Assembly: GCA_026391255.1 (NCBI GenBank) | Contig: JAPLDU010000069.1 | Coordinates: 367-64,366 of the forward strand | Source: Bacteroidia bacterium | GTDB lineage: Bacteria > Bacteroidota > Bacteroidia > Bacteroidales > JAPLDU01 | Length of the DNA: 64,000 bases | Direction: 5' to 3' | Shown here: one piece after another, positions 8,649 to 18,517 of the stretch | How the letters are laid out: each line of letters opens with the position of its first letter | How positions within the stretch are numbered: position 1 is the stretch's first letter | Translations under genes and position numbers: made by a program | Notes under the pieces: generated by a model | Seen by the model: the letters and a program-made list of their open reading frames with translations, nothing else | The model's database searches: none | Told to the model about the DNA's origin: nothing

Positions 8649-11600
8649 CTAGCTGAAGTAAATACCGAGGGTTCCATAGCTGTTTTCAATTTTTCGCCCT
8701 ACAGAAAGGATTTCCTTGTCTTCCTGGGTACTACCATTAAGCAAAGTTTCAATTTCTTCCTTGAGTTCTTTTGCCTTCTTTCGTTTTTTCTGGGTCAGTT
8801 CATCTTCTTTTTCGGCTGCTTTATTTCCCATTTTAAGATATTCAGAGTTCAGTAATGACTGGTAAAAACTGCGAATAGCCTTGATTGACTCATCCCGGTA
8901 ATTGTTATAATCGTCAATATCGGATTGAATATCTTTTATCATCTCAATGGCACGGTTCACCTTTGCAATCTCCCTGTTTAACTGTTCTTTTTCCTGGTCA
9001 AAGAATATGCGTACCAGGCGGTCAACATCTGTGATCAGCGCCAGCTTTATTTCTTCAGGGTTTAGGCTCTCCAGGTCAAGCACATTGCCCCGGTCTCCCT
9101 TGAACCAAATGTCATTGATACGTGAAGTCTTTTCTTCCAGTTTTTGAAATACAAATACATCCATCGAGTCCTGGACAAGAGGCATAACAATCCGCACATA
9201 TCCGAACTGGTTACCCTGTCTCCAGATGCGCCCTTCGAGCTGCCGAAGATCAGTCGGGTTCCATTCAGGGTAACAGTTGTAAATCACCGTTCCACGTTTT
9301 TGCAGGTCAATCCCTTCCCGGATGGTGGCAGTACCAATAATGACCTTTACCACACCGTCGAGGAATGCTTCTTTGATTGTTTCTTTCCGGTTATCATTAA
9401 TATCAGAATTGATAATTTCAACCTCGTCTAATTTGGTACGATTAAACATCACACCGGTCTTAAAGCCTACTTCTGCTTCCAGGTACTTTTTGATCATCGG
9501 GAAAAACTGTTTGCCCCGGTTCATATAGATCACCTGCCCGGAACAATCATTGCCGGTTGTTTCATGCCATTGCTTTACAGAGCGTATGCACTCCATCACA
9601 TAATTGATCTTGGGGCTTTCACGGACAAACTCACGGTAATCTTCAGGGTGTCCATTCAGAATGAAAGGGGAGAGGGCATTATCGAGGCTGTGAGCTAATG
9701 CACGGAACAGGTTTCCCATATCGAGTTTGCCCTGGGTAGAGCTTTTAGCCATTTCCACAATCTTGTTCTGGTTGATTCGTTGTTTGGCAGTCATATTGAT
9801 ATAGGTCAGTATCTGCCGTTCCTGGCTTAACCGGATGGATTTGCCGTTGATAGTATCGTACAAAAGTGGCAGGTTAATCTTTCGTGGACGGACCACCCCG
9901 GCTTCTTCACCTGTCCGGTACAGAATATGATTGTATATAAGTTTCTGCAATACCCGTCGGTTGGTAAAGGATTTGATGACTTCCTTTTCAACGATCTCTT
10001 CCTTGTAATTGGCTGCCCATTCTACGGTTGGCAGAACAAACAGGTCAAAAAAGGTGTCAATATTGTAAATCCCGCTTTTATACAGGCTTTCATGGGCAAC
10101 CAGAGAGAGCATGGAGTAAATTTCCAATGGCGAATTGGTAAAGGGGGTAGCGGTAAGCAGCATGGTATTTCGTCCAAACTTGCGCTGGATGTAATTCAGG
10201 ATCAGGAATGCCTTTTGACCGGTTTCTGAGGTGGCCGATTGAATGTTGTAGCGTTTGTTCCCTTCTTCATCGGCTTTTACCTGAGAAAACACGTTTTTGC
10301 AACGGTGGGCTTCATCAATCACCACATAATCAAAACCCAGCACATCCACATCACCGACTGTGTCTTTAAGCCCGACACCAATCATTTCACGAAACTTCTG
10401 GTATTCGATTTCCTTGTCCCTTGCCGTCTTTTCCTTACTTTGTCCGAGTATGTTCACCAGCTCGGTAAATAGCTCGTCCGATACCGACTGGCCAAAGCCA
10501 AGCCTTTTGAAACCTTCATAAGTTACGATAGTGACACTGTTACCGGGAACCGGTGCAGAAAGGTTGATTTTCTTTGTAATATCCGATCCCATGTTGAACC
10601 AGTCATTCAGGGTAATCCCTGTATGTGACAGCATTCCCGAAACAAACTCCTTAGACTTATTATCCTCAAAGCCAATGATCTCATTAATCCATTTTTTATA
10701 GGTGGCTTTAGGAACTACAATAAGTGGTCTTTTGCACTTCCCTGAATAGAGACAATGTGCCAGTGTTGCTATACTGGCTGCTGTTTTTCCGGCGCCGACG
10801 TCCAACGCAAGAATGCCACTTCCCATTGTTTCCATAAAGGCGATACTCTCACGCTGAATGTCCGTCAATTGTAGGATTCCACTCTTAAAGGTGGCTGAAC
10901 ATTCAAAACCAATCGGAACCCTCTGGTATGATATGTCGCTTTGCCCATTGTATAGCCTGTTCCAGGAATAATCTAATTTTTCCTGGTCAGAAAAAGTCAG
11001 GACTTCATATAAAAATCTTGAAAACAGTTTTTCCCCTTCAATCCTTGCATTGGCCTTGAGTTCAGATTTTTCCTCTTTTGTTAGCTTGTCGTCCCTGAGC
11101 GGGCGACCGGCAATGTAGTAATCAGCAATATCAATGGCGCTTGATTTTTCAAAGTCAGAATCACTGTTCAGGGTAAACAGCCACTTGACAAATACCTGCT
11201 GAAGCGAATAGCGGTTCTGACCGTCAAAGCGAAGATTGATCTTCTCCTTTTCCCGGTCACGCCTTCTCTCTACTTTGCCATTAACCTTTTTAAGCTGTTC
11301 GGCATTTTCAACATCCATGTATTCATCACGTACTTCTGAGATTGAAAAGACATCGGTATCACTGGCAAAGTCAGATATAGCGGTAATGATGGGTCGTTCC
11401 TTCTCATCCGGGTTAGTAACAGTTAGCAATATTGGTTTTGCTTTAAGAATCGTCTCCCGGTGACTGTCATATACTGCCTGACCCCAACGGGACAGGATTG
11501 TATCCTTGTCTTTTTCTAATTGCAGCTCCCTGTCATACATGTTTCCATAGGTATAGACAGGGAAGGGAACCATTTCACCATCCATGAAAAACAAAGCGTT

Positions 11601-12143
11601 TTTCTGTACCAGTTCTGATAATTCACTTTCACCTGCATGAGCCAGTCCACGAACTAATTTGCAATCGCTACCGGGGACATAGTACAATCCGTCATTATTG
11701 CGGTAGATGTAGTATTTCTCCTCATCTGCATAGTCATGGGTTTTAATGTATTTGCCAAGCTCTACGCCTTTTTCAACGCTGCGGATGTCTCTGAAATGAT
11801 TGTCTTTTATTGTAGTTGCCGATGTAGTAACCACAGTTTCAATATAACTGCCTCCTTTGATGAAGTATTTCTCCCAGCCGGTCATTGGTACACCAAGAGT
11901 GCGTTTGTACCAGACCCATGCCCTGATCTCATCCGTGGTGATCCCCTTGTTGTAACGCTCTACCACATCGGCAAAGCTCATAGTTTTTCTCTGTGTCTTT
12001 GCAACATCACCCAGACCGTTAAAATAATGGGCATCAGCAAGCACTTTGCTGATAATGTCTTTGTTGGCATCTATATAGTTGGTAACAGTCGGAGTAAGTT
12101 CTCCAAGTCCGCTGAAACCTGATATTCCGTTTAAATAGCTCAC
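8649..12143 (-). CDS. SNF2-like superfamily 2 helicase, DarB-type
   Basis: LDVGAGKT, VIDEAHR, LTATP, EGIDLQ, QLEGRIWRQGN motifs. Confidence 0.85.
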   Translation of the reverse strand: MSYLNGISGFSGLGELTPTVTNYIDANKDIISKVLADAHYFNGLGDVAKTQRKTMSFADVVERYNKGITTDEIRAWVWYKRTLGVPMTGWEKYFIKGGSYIETVVTTSATTIKDNHFRDIRSVEKGVELGKYIKTHDYADEEKYYIYRNNDGLYYVPGSDCKLVRGLAHAGESELSELVQKNALFFMDGEMVPFPVYTYGNMYDRELQLEKDKDTILSRWGQAVYDSHRETILKAKPILLTVTNPDEKERPIITAISDFASDTDVFSISEVRDEYMDVENAEQLKKVNGKVERRRDREKEKINLRFDGQNRYSLQQVFVKWLFTLNSDSDFEKSSAIDIADYYIAGRPLRDDKLTKEEKSELKANARIEGEKLFSRFLYEVLTFSDQEKLDYSWNRLYNGQSDISYQRVPIGFECSATFKSGILQLTDIQRESIAFMETMGSGILALDVGAGKTAASIATLAHCLYSGKCKRPLIVVPKATYKKWINEIIGFEDNKSKEFVSGMLSHTGITLNDWFNMGSDITKKINLSAPVPGNSVTIVTYEGFKRLGFGQSVSDELFTELVNILGQSKEKTARDKEIEYQKFREMIGVGLKDTVGDVDVLGFDYVVIDEAHRCKNVFSQVKADEEGNKRYNIQSATSETGQKAFLILNYIQRKFGRNTMLLTATPFTNSPLEIYSMLSLVAHESLYKSGIYNIDTFFDLFVLPTVEWAANYKEEIVEKEVIKSFTNRRVLQKLIYNHILYRTGEEAGVVRPRKINLPLLYDTINGKSIRLSQERQILTYINMTAKQRINQNKIVEMAKSSTQGKLDMGNLFRALAHSLDNALSPFILNGHPEDYREFVRESPKINYVMECIRSVKQWHETTGNDCSGQVIYMNRGKQFFPMIKKYLEAEVGFKTGVMFNRTKLDEVEIINSDINDNRKETIKEAFLDGVVKVIIGTATIREGIDLQKRGTVIYNCYPEWNPTDLRQLEGRIWRQGNQFGYVRIVMPLVQDSMDVFVFQKLEEKTSRINDIWFKGDRGNVLDLESLNPEEIKLALITDVDRLVRIFFDQEKEQLNREIAKVNRAIEMIKDIQSDIDDYNNYRDESIKAIRSFYQSLLNSEYLKMGNKAAEKEDELTQKKRKKAKELKEEIETLLNGSTQEDKEILSVGRKIENSYGTLGIYFS

Positions 12144-12186
12144 TTTGATACGTTTATTAGTTTATTAATAATGTCGGGGTTTTGTG

Positions 12187-13245
12187 TTATAACTTTCCAA
12201 GTCCAGACATGACAGTCTTTGCTAACCTGTTGAGTTGATTCTTATTAATTGAAATAGTCTTGGTATTTTGATTAGTTGATTTTGAGTTTTCTATTCTCTG
12301 ATTGGCAATTTTTACATACTCAGGATTAAGTTCAAACCCTATGTATTTTCGGTTAAGCCTTTTTGCAACGATAGCAGTAGTACCGCTTCCGATGAACGGG
12401 TCCAGTACAATACCTTTTTCCGGGCAACCTGCCATGATTGGTGTTTCAATCAGCTGTTCAGGGAACACTGCAAAATGAGCCTCTTTGAATGGTTGTGTGC
12501 TGATTGTCCAGACAGTCCGTTTGTTTCTTCCTTTGGCATTTTCATCAATATATGGAGCTGACCGTGCCCTGATCTTGAGTTCATTTCTTTTGTCATGCTG
12601 ACGGTACTTACTATTGTACTCCCTGCGTCCGTCTTTCATTCGCCGTATATCGTATTCATTACTTGAAAAGTCCTCGAACTGCTGATCGAAATAGTAGCTT
12701 TTTGATTTTGTAAAGAAAAAAAGGTATTCAAAATCGTTGGTAAAACGATCTTTCACGCTTTCAGGCATTGCATTTGGTTTATTCCAGATGATAGTGTTTC
12801 TCAAAATCCAACCTCTTTCGACCATCCCTAATGCAAACCGTTCTGGTATCAGAACCAGGGATTTTGCCTTCATATATCTGTGCCTGTGTGCCATTGGCGG
12901 TTTGCCTTTTGAAGCTGCATAGTAACCGGCTTCAACCGGCGCTTTCTGAAAACCAGTCTCAGATGATTTTCTGACCCTAAAACCCTGCAAACTTCCCCAA
13001 TAGGTATCACCAATGTTAATCCAGGCTGTTCCTTCATTTTTCAGAACACGATAAACTTCATCAAAGATTTTCAGTAGCTTTTCTATGTATTGCTCAAATG
13101 ATTTTTCCAGCCCTATTTGTCCTTCGACCCCGTAATTACGCAGTCCCCAATAGGGTGGTGAAGTAACCACGCAGTCAATGCTGCCGGAAGGAAGTTTTTT
13201 CAGCCCTATCAGAGCATCGCTTATATGTATATGGTCTAAGTTCAA
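12187..13245 (-). CDS. Beta-class N4-C/N6-A DNA methyltransferase (solitary)
   Basis: VTSPPY before VLDPFIGSGTT; TTG start. Confidence 0.9.
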   Translation of the reverse strand: MNLDHIHISDALIGLKKLPSGSIDCVVTSPPYWGLRNYGVEGQIGLEKSFEQYIEKLLKIFDEVYRVLKNEGTAWINIGDTYWGSLQGFRVRKSSETGFQKAPVEAGYYAASKGKPPMAHRHRYMKAKSLVLIPERFALGMVERGWILRNTIIWNKPNAMPESVKDRFTNDFEYLFFFTKSKSYYFDQQFEDFSSNEYDIRRMKDGRREYNSKYRQHDKRNELKIRARSAPYIDENAKGRNKRTVWTISTQPFKEAHFAVFPEQLIETPIMAGCPEKGIVLDPFIGSGTTAIVAKRLNRKYIGFELNPEYVKIANQRIENSKSTNQNTKTISINKNQLNRLAKTVMSGLGKL

Positions 13246-13276
13246 GAATTTACGAGTTATGAGTTAAATTCATTGG

Positions 13277-14230
13277 TTATTTGATCTTTAATAGTTGTAA
13301 TTCCACTTCAAGGGCGAGGGCTTCAAGTTCAAGACTATTATCGGTTTTCATTATACCTTGAGATTCCTGCCTTATGTAATATTCCATTTCTATATTGATA
13401 ACATCCTTAATTTTGGTTCTCCAGTATTGTTCCTGTCCCGGTCTTTCGGTAATTGCAACCATTACATCATCTGCGTAAGTCCAATCATTATCCTGGTTAT
13501 GCTGCAATCCCTTGCTGAGTGCTATTTCATTGATTAATTCCCGAAGCCCGCTACAGTATTCCATCCAATCCTGTTCAAATTCAGCATTGTTTTGAGATAG
13601 TTTTCCTGAGATTTCATTAAGCTTTTCATTAATCTCTTTTCTTTTAAGCTTGTCCCTTCCTGCTGCTTTCAGGTTTTCCTTTTCTGCCTGAAACTGTTCT
13701 TCCAAAGGATTCAGCAATACCTGGAACTGTTCATATTTATCAAAGTAGTTCCCTTCAAACCCTGAAACCGTTAATTCAAGGACATCACTGGAACTTCCAA
13801 AACGGTTTGCTCTTTCCAGTTTTTGATCTACCTTATTTTCCGATTCCTGGGTTTCTATTTCTGAATCCATTACACTTTCTTCCATTGCTTTGTTGATCGT
13901 AATTTCAATATCCTCTTTTGTCCCTTTTACCGTGATCGGAAATTCCCTTGAAGTGCTGATAAATTCTTTTCCGCATATCTTTTCAGGGTACATATCGAAC
14001 CAGGTGTTAAAGCGGGTCGTTTCAGTAAAGGTAAGTGGCTCATTCAGCGAAAACGTCAGGTAATACTCCTCTTTCAGCAATTTCTCGTAATCGTATTTTA
14101 CAGAATTCGGGATAAAACCATTTCTTACAAGTACCCTGTCATTATTCTTTTCTTCAGTACTTTCAGGAAGTGTTTCCAAAAGCTTTTTGATAGTTACAAT
14201 CCGGGCCCGGTAATATGAAGCTGATTCCAT
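13277..14230 (-). CDS. Hypothetical protein with a DarB-like 'WF..YPEK..G' segment, coiled coil and C-terminal ELEALALEVEL tag
   Basis: FNTWFDMYPEKICG resembles the F..HPE.V.G linker motif of DarB-like proteins (recalled, not searched). Confidence 0.5.
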   Translation of the reverse strand: MESASYYRARIVTIKKLLETLPESTEEKNNDRVLVRNGFIPNSVKYDYEKLLKEEYYLTFSLNEPLTFTETTRFNTWFDMYPEKICGKEFISTSREFPITVKGTKEDIEITINKAMEESVMDSEIETQESENKVDQKLERANRFGSSSDVLELTVSGFEGNYFDKYEQFQVLLNPLEEQFQAEKENLKAAGRDKLKRKEINEKLNEISGKLSQNNAEFEQDWMEYCSGLRELINEIALSKGLQHNQDNDWTYADDVMVAITERPGQEQYWRTKIKDVINIEMEYYIRQESQGIMKTDNSLELEALALEVELQLLKIK

Positions 14231-14262
14231 TTATAAGAGTTATGAATTATGAGTGATGAGTG

Positions 14263-15030
14263 TTAATCATATTCTTCCAACTGCGATTCAAGTTGTGGAA
14301 TGATAGCTGCGGGTACTATCTGATGGCTGATCACCTGTTTGATAATTTGTTCTTCCATTGCCCTGTACCCATCTGCCGATTGAATCTTTTCCCAGATATT
14401 CGGAGAGTTTACTTTTGTGACTTTCTTTAGCTGGTCAAAGATTTCCTGGCGTAGCTTGTTTTCAATGGCACTTGAAGTGCTGTCTTTACTGCCGGATAGT
14501 GAAGCATCCCCATGATCAACAAAAGAATAGTAGCTGTTTTTGGTTGCAATGATGTGGTCAAGAATAGCAATATCAAAGTATTTGAAAGCCTCTTTCAGCT
14601 TTTTGGTAATGTCCTGGTCAGGTTTGCTCGGTTCAGCGGTCCCCGAAGGATGGTTGTGCGACAGGATCACTGCTTTTGCCAGTATCTTAATACCAACGGC
14701 AACAATCAGCTCTACATCAACCTGTGTTGAGTTGATCGTACCTTTCGAGTGCTTATAATAGCCAATGACCTTGTTTCCCTGGTTCAGGTATAGCACAACA
14801 AAATGTTCCTGGATTTCAAGCCCTTCATAAATGACCTCTTTCACGAATTTGTAGGCATCATCAGAGCTTTTGATTGAATTGTAGATCAGCCTTTCTTCTT
14901 TGAAGGTTATGTCAATTTCCTTAACCCGGAAATCATTTTCAATCTCCTTGATCCGCTTGTTCAGGTCATCCAGTCCGACCCCGGAGAGGACGAAATGGGC
15001 TTGTGGTATATTTTGTTTATAAATAGCCAT
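14263..15030 (-). CDS. RadC-like JAB domain protein
   Basis: EHFVVLYLNQGNKVIG...KGTINSTQVD...ILSHNHPSGTAEPSKPD. Confidence 0.9.
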   Translation of the reverse strand: MAIYKQNIPQAHFVLSGVGLDDLNKRIKEIENDFRVKEIDITFKEERLIYNSIKSSDDAYKFVKEVIYEGLEIQEHFVVLYLNQGNKVIGYYKHSKGTINSTQVDVELIVAVGIKILAKAVILSHNHPSGTAEPSKPDQDITKKLKEAFKYFDIAILDHIIATKNSYYSFVDHGDASLSGSKDSTSSAIENKLRQEIFDQLKKVTKVNSPNIWEKIQSADGYRAMEEQIIKQVISHQIVPAAIIPQLESQLEEYD

Positions 15031-15069
15031 GTTTTGAGTTATGAGTTATGAATGATGAGTTATGAGTTG

Positions 15070-15828
15070 TTATTTTTTCCTAAAAACCAGAATATCTGTC
15101 GGAACTTGCGATTCTTTGAACACAGGTGGTAAGCGGTAGGCATCAATAATATCGGCCAGTTTACCAATCTCATCTTTTTCATAGTTGTAGGAGATCCCGT
15201 TTCGTAAGAAATTTGAGGATGTGAGGTAAATCAGCAATCCCCCTGTTTTCAAGAGTTTTAAGCCGTAATACATGAAAAACAATTCGATCTGGTGCATATG
15301 TGGAGTTGGAAAATATGAGCTGTACTTGTTTTTGTACTTCCCGTAAGGTGGGTTACCAATGACAAGTGAGAAGGGATAACCTGTCAGCCAGGTAAGCTGA
15401 TTGGATTTTATCCGGGTAGTAAACCTTGGTGGATTAAGAAAAGCCGTTTCAAAATAACCCCGGTACACTTTTGCATCCGGGTAGTTGATCTCACAAATCC
15501 TTGCTGTCACATCGTTTATCTCAAATGTGGTGACCTTTGATTTATCAGGCAGTGGACTGATCAGGCGACCGGTTGCAACGGATGGCTCCAGTACTGTGCC
15601 CCCGTCATATCCGTAATGCACTGCAAGCCGGTACATCAGGTCACATATATAAGATGGTGTATAGAATTCATATAATAATCCTTCACCCGTAGCCCCTTTG
15701 CTACCTTGTCCGCCAGCTCCCTCATACCTGTTGATAAACTCAATATCAGTCAGGGAATAAGGTTCAGCCTTGCTGTCCTTATCCCTGATAAAGCTTTCGA
15801 TTGCCATATTTTGCTGATACTGGTTCAT
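15070..15828 (-). CDS. N6-adenine DNA methyltransferase (gamma class, DarB/Eco57I-like MTase domain)
   Basis: VLEPSVATG (motif I) followed by IGNPPY (motif IV). Confidence 0.85.
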   Translation of the reverse strand: MNQYQQNMAIESFIRDKDSKAEPYSLTDIEFINRYEGAGGQGSKGATGEGLLYEFYTPSYICDLMYRLAVHYGYDGGTVLEPSVATGRLISPLPDKSKVTTFEINDVTARICEINYPDAKVYRGYFETAFLNPPRFTTRIKSNQLTWLTGYPFSLVIGNPPYGKYKNKYSSYFPTPHMHQIELFFMYYGLKLLKTGGLLIYLTSSNFLRNGISYNYEKDEIGKLADIIDAYRLPPVFKESQVPTDILVFRKK

Positions 15829-15837
15829 GGTTCAGAC

Positions 15838-15981
15838 TTACTTTTTACGTTTCCACTCTTTGCCTGCTTCTTTTACGCAGGTAGTCCATTTTTTACGCGG
15901 GTTCTCTTTGCGGATTCGTTTGGCCATAGCCATGATCTGCTTGCCGGTTGAAGCCAGCTTGGTTTTAGATAATCTTGCCAT
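15838..15981 (-). CDS. Small very basic protein (47 aa), candidate DNA-condensing/core protein; not in ORF track
   Basis: Hand translation MARLSKTKLASTGKQIMAMAKRIRKENPRKKWTTCVKEAGKEWKRKK; A-rich leader; fills the operon gap. Confidence 0.65.
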   Translation of the reverse strand: MARLSKTKLASTGKQIMAMAKRIRKENPRKKWTTCVKEAGKEWKRKK

Positions 15982-16085
15982 TGTAGTTTTATTTAATTGG
16001 TTAGTAATCTTTTATCGGTTGGGACGTACGACCGTACGTCCTTACATTGTCCTGATACCTGATACTTGCTACCTGATACCCGTAC

Positions 16086-16730
16086 TTAGGCTTGCAACTC
16101 AATCAGGCCGTTCACTCCCGTTATTTTCAGGATATAGTTGTACAGTTCGCTACTGACCTGTTTTGCCTGTGCTAAAGTCTCGATAGCAGTTTCGCCTTTT
16201 GGTTTAAAGAAATATCCCCGGTTGTAACGCATGATTACCTTGTCAAGCCTGAGCACTCCATTTTCATCATGCTGATCAATCAGAAGCCCAAGCAGGATAG
16301 AGCCACAGAGGATATTGAACTCAGTGTCTAAAAGATCGTCCTGATATACATAGCAACCATCCGACAGATTATTCATTGATAAAATGCTATCGAGCCTGTC
16401 ATCCAGTACCTTTCTAAGGACAGTCTTTTCATCCTGCGAGAGCCTGTCTTTCTTATATTCTAAGAGAATAGTATCATTGGCTGATTGAGGTTTTAACTGC
16501 ATCAGCCCGGTAGAGCCTGATTTGTTAGCAGCATCTTTAACTCCGCCACTCTCAGCAAAAATGATTGAAATAATAATGGCAGCCGGAACATTGGTTAGCG
16601 TTTCAGCTTGTTTGATCTCATTAAAAAAATCAGAAGCAATACTGCCAAGCTTTTTCTTAATAGACGGAATATCCGTAGTAGGGTAATATCCCTGGTCGGT
16701 AAAGGGAAGGGTGAGTTCAAGATTTGCCAT
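16086..16730 (-). CDS. Lytic transglycosylase (SLT/lysozyme-like), probable endolysin
   Basis: IIFAESGG, STGLMQL, RYNRG motifs. Confidence 0.85.
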   Translation of the reverse strand: MANLELTLPFTDQGYYPTTDIPSIKKKLGSIASDFFNEIKQAETLTNVPAAIIISIIFAESGGVKDAANKSGSTGLMQLKPQSANDTILLEYKKDRLSQDEKTVLRKVLDDRLDSILSMNNLSDGCYVYQDDLLDTEFNILCGSILLGLLIDQHDENGVLRLDKVIMRYNRGYFFKPKGETAIETLAQAKQVSSELYNYILKITGVNGLIELQA

Positions 16731-16732
16731 GA

Positions 16733-16894
16733 TTATTTAAGTTTTTTCCTGTAAATAGTCAGTTTACGGGTCTGTTTAGCCTGCTTTGTTGCTTTTGTAT
16801 CTGCCGGTAGTTTGGCTGAATTATCCTCTTTGGAATAATAATATAGGCCAAGTCCTGACAGGATTACAAGCGGTAATAAGATTTTAGCATTCAT
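16733..16894 (-). CDS. Small membrane protein (53 aa); not in ORF track
   Basis: Hand translation MNAKILLPLVILSGLGLYYYSKEDNSAKLPADTKATKQAKQTRKLTIYRKKLK. Confidence 0.65.
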   Translation of the reverse strand: MNAKILLPLVILSGLGLYYYSKEDNSAKLPADTKATKQAKQTRKLTIYRKKLK

Positions 16895-16895
16895 T

Positions 16896-17486
16896 TTAAT
16901 TAATGATTTCAATGTCCCTGCAATACACGATCTTTGAGTTCGGGTTTTTGGAAGTGATCACCTGTTGAAGTTTACGACGGGAAAATATCCAGAGCCACTT
17001 ATGGTAACGGTCGCCACGGTAGACAAGCTGTATCAGACTGTCGGTTGAATGAATGGTGACTTTCTGTGTGTCGTTAATAGCAATCCCTTTTACTGAGTAG
17101 AACTTGTCCTGGTAATTAAACACTTTTACCTTTACTGTATCCTTGATTATACTGTCTCTCAGGGTACTGACAATCTCCTTATCCTGGTGAACTACCGTTT
17201 CAGAGTAATGATTGACAAGCCGGGGACTTACCTTTAAGTTTTCGATCTCCTTTTTTACTTCAGGAAACAAAACACTGACCTCATGGTATTTTAGCTCCAT
17301 TGCATCAGCTTTAGCAGCCAATAGCTTATTTTTCGTCTGGTAATAGGTGACTGATGTCCGGGAGACTTTGAGGGAATTTTCAAGTCGTGCAATTTCCTTT
17401 TCCTTCTTGAAATACAGCCGTGTACTGACTATAGTTGATATGACCAGTAAAAGGAAGATCATGGGTAAAAAATATCTGATTTTCAT
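16896..17486 (-). CDS. Putative spanin/Rz-like lysis protein
   Basis: N-terminal TM, coiled coil, C-terminal KWLWIFSRRK; lies between a holin-like gene and an SLT. Confidence 0.5.
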   Translation of the reverse strand: MKIRYFLPMIFLLLVISTIVSTRLYFKKEKEIARLENSLKVSRTSVTYYQTKNKLLAAKADAMELKYHEVSVLFPEVKKEIENLKVSPRLVNHYSETVVHQDKEIVSTLRDSIIKDTVKVKVFNYQDKFYSVKGIAINDTQKVTIHSTDSLIQLVYRGDRYHKWLWIFSRRKLQQVITSKNPNSKIVYCRDIEIIN

Positions 17487-17539
17487 TGTTTAAGTTTTAT
17501 TACTTTCATTGTCCATTGTCAATTGTCAATTGTACATTA

Positions 17540-17716
17540 TCATTTCTTGTCATGGTCTTTTGCCAGTATCAGTCCGACTCCTCCGCTGATCCCTATCATT
17601 GCTTCTGTCCAGCTAATGTTTTTGACAAACACACTGACAACTGAGGCAATAATGATAAAACCACCAAACATGCTGGTCTTGATGCTTCTTCCTGATTTGT
17701 TTTTCCTTGTATCCAT
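17540..17716 (-). CDS. Small two-TM holin-like protein (58 aa); not in ORF track
   Basis: Hand translation MDTRKNKSGRSIKTSMFGGFIIIASVVSVFVKNISWTEAMIGISGGVGLILAKDHDKK. Confidence 0.6.
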   Translation of the reverse strand: MDTRKNKSGRSIKTSMFGGFIIIASVVSVFVKNISWTEAMIGISGGVGLILAKDHDKK

Positions 17717-17761
17717 AAGTTAAGTAGTTTTTAATTTTCCATTATCAATTGTCCATTGACT

Positions 17762-18502
17762 TTATGTAGTCTGATCCACAAAAACACTCATTGTAAGATT
17801 CTTTGGTGTTCCGCTGACAGATAATACGGTCAGCATAAGTTGATCTCCATCGGTTATGACCAGACTATCAAATGTTTTACTATCCTTTAAAGGTCGGATG
17901 TCAATCTCCGCATTCATTATTGAAAAGGTATCCTTGCATGAGTTTGCCACAATAAAGTATTTGTTCTTAAACAGGCTGTCCCATTCCTGTGAGTTTCCGG
18001 AACCGGTGAACTGTATTAACTGACCGTTAGTGAAGCCATGATTAGCTGCTGTGACAATACACTTTGCAGAACGTGTGATTGCCGATACGTTTTTACCCCC
18101 GGTGACAAAATACCCTGATTTATAATCAGTAGTAAGCTGGGAGGTATCTACATCACCAAAAGTCAGGTAGTTACTGCCACAGCTTAAAGTGGCAATGATA
18201 TTGGTTCCACTGCTAATTTGGTAAAAACAGACTGCAGGCGTTGCACTCATCCATGAAGGGATGCTGAAAAAAACAGGATTGATGTAATCCGTGTCACCCG
18301 AGGCGACACGGATTTCTCCACGTACTGTGAAGTGTACACCAATCCTTTGAACCATTTGACCGACAAGGGCAAGTTTTGATTCGTCATAGGAAGATTTATC
18401 ATACCAACCATCTGACTTTGGAACCAGCTTGCGGTAGCCGGGTGACGGCTCAGAAGCGGAGCTGACCTCCCTGTGTTCTTTCTGTATAAAAACCTTATTC
18501 AT
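17762..18502 (-). CDS. Virion structural/spike-like protein
   Basis: Beta-rich; segment ITRSAKCIVTAANHGFTNGQLIQFTG resembles modules seen in phage structural proteins. Confidence 0.5.
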   Translation of the reverse strand: MNKVFIQKEHREVSSASEPSPGYRKLVPKSDGWYDKSSYDESKLALVGQMVQRIGVHFTVRGEIRVASGDTDYINPVFFSIPSWMSATPAVCFYQISSGTNIIATLSCGSNYLTFGDVDTSQLTTDYKSGYFVTGGKNVSAITRSAKCIVTAANHGFTNGQLIQFTGSGNSQEWDSLFKNKYFIVANSCKDTFSIMNAEIDIRPLKDSKTFDSLVITDGDQLMLTVLSVSGTPKNLTMSVFVDQTT

Positions 18503-18517
18503 TGAAATTTGATAAGA

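Noticed and set aside
8649-8651. Element-wide TAG reassignment (genetic code 15)
   Set aside because: Only one internal TAG in ~21 kb of operon, no suppressor tRNA seen, and TAG terminates 58246..60273 normally
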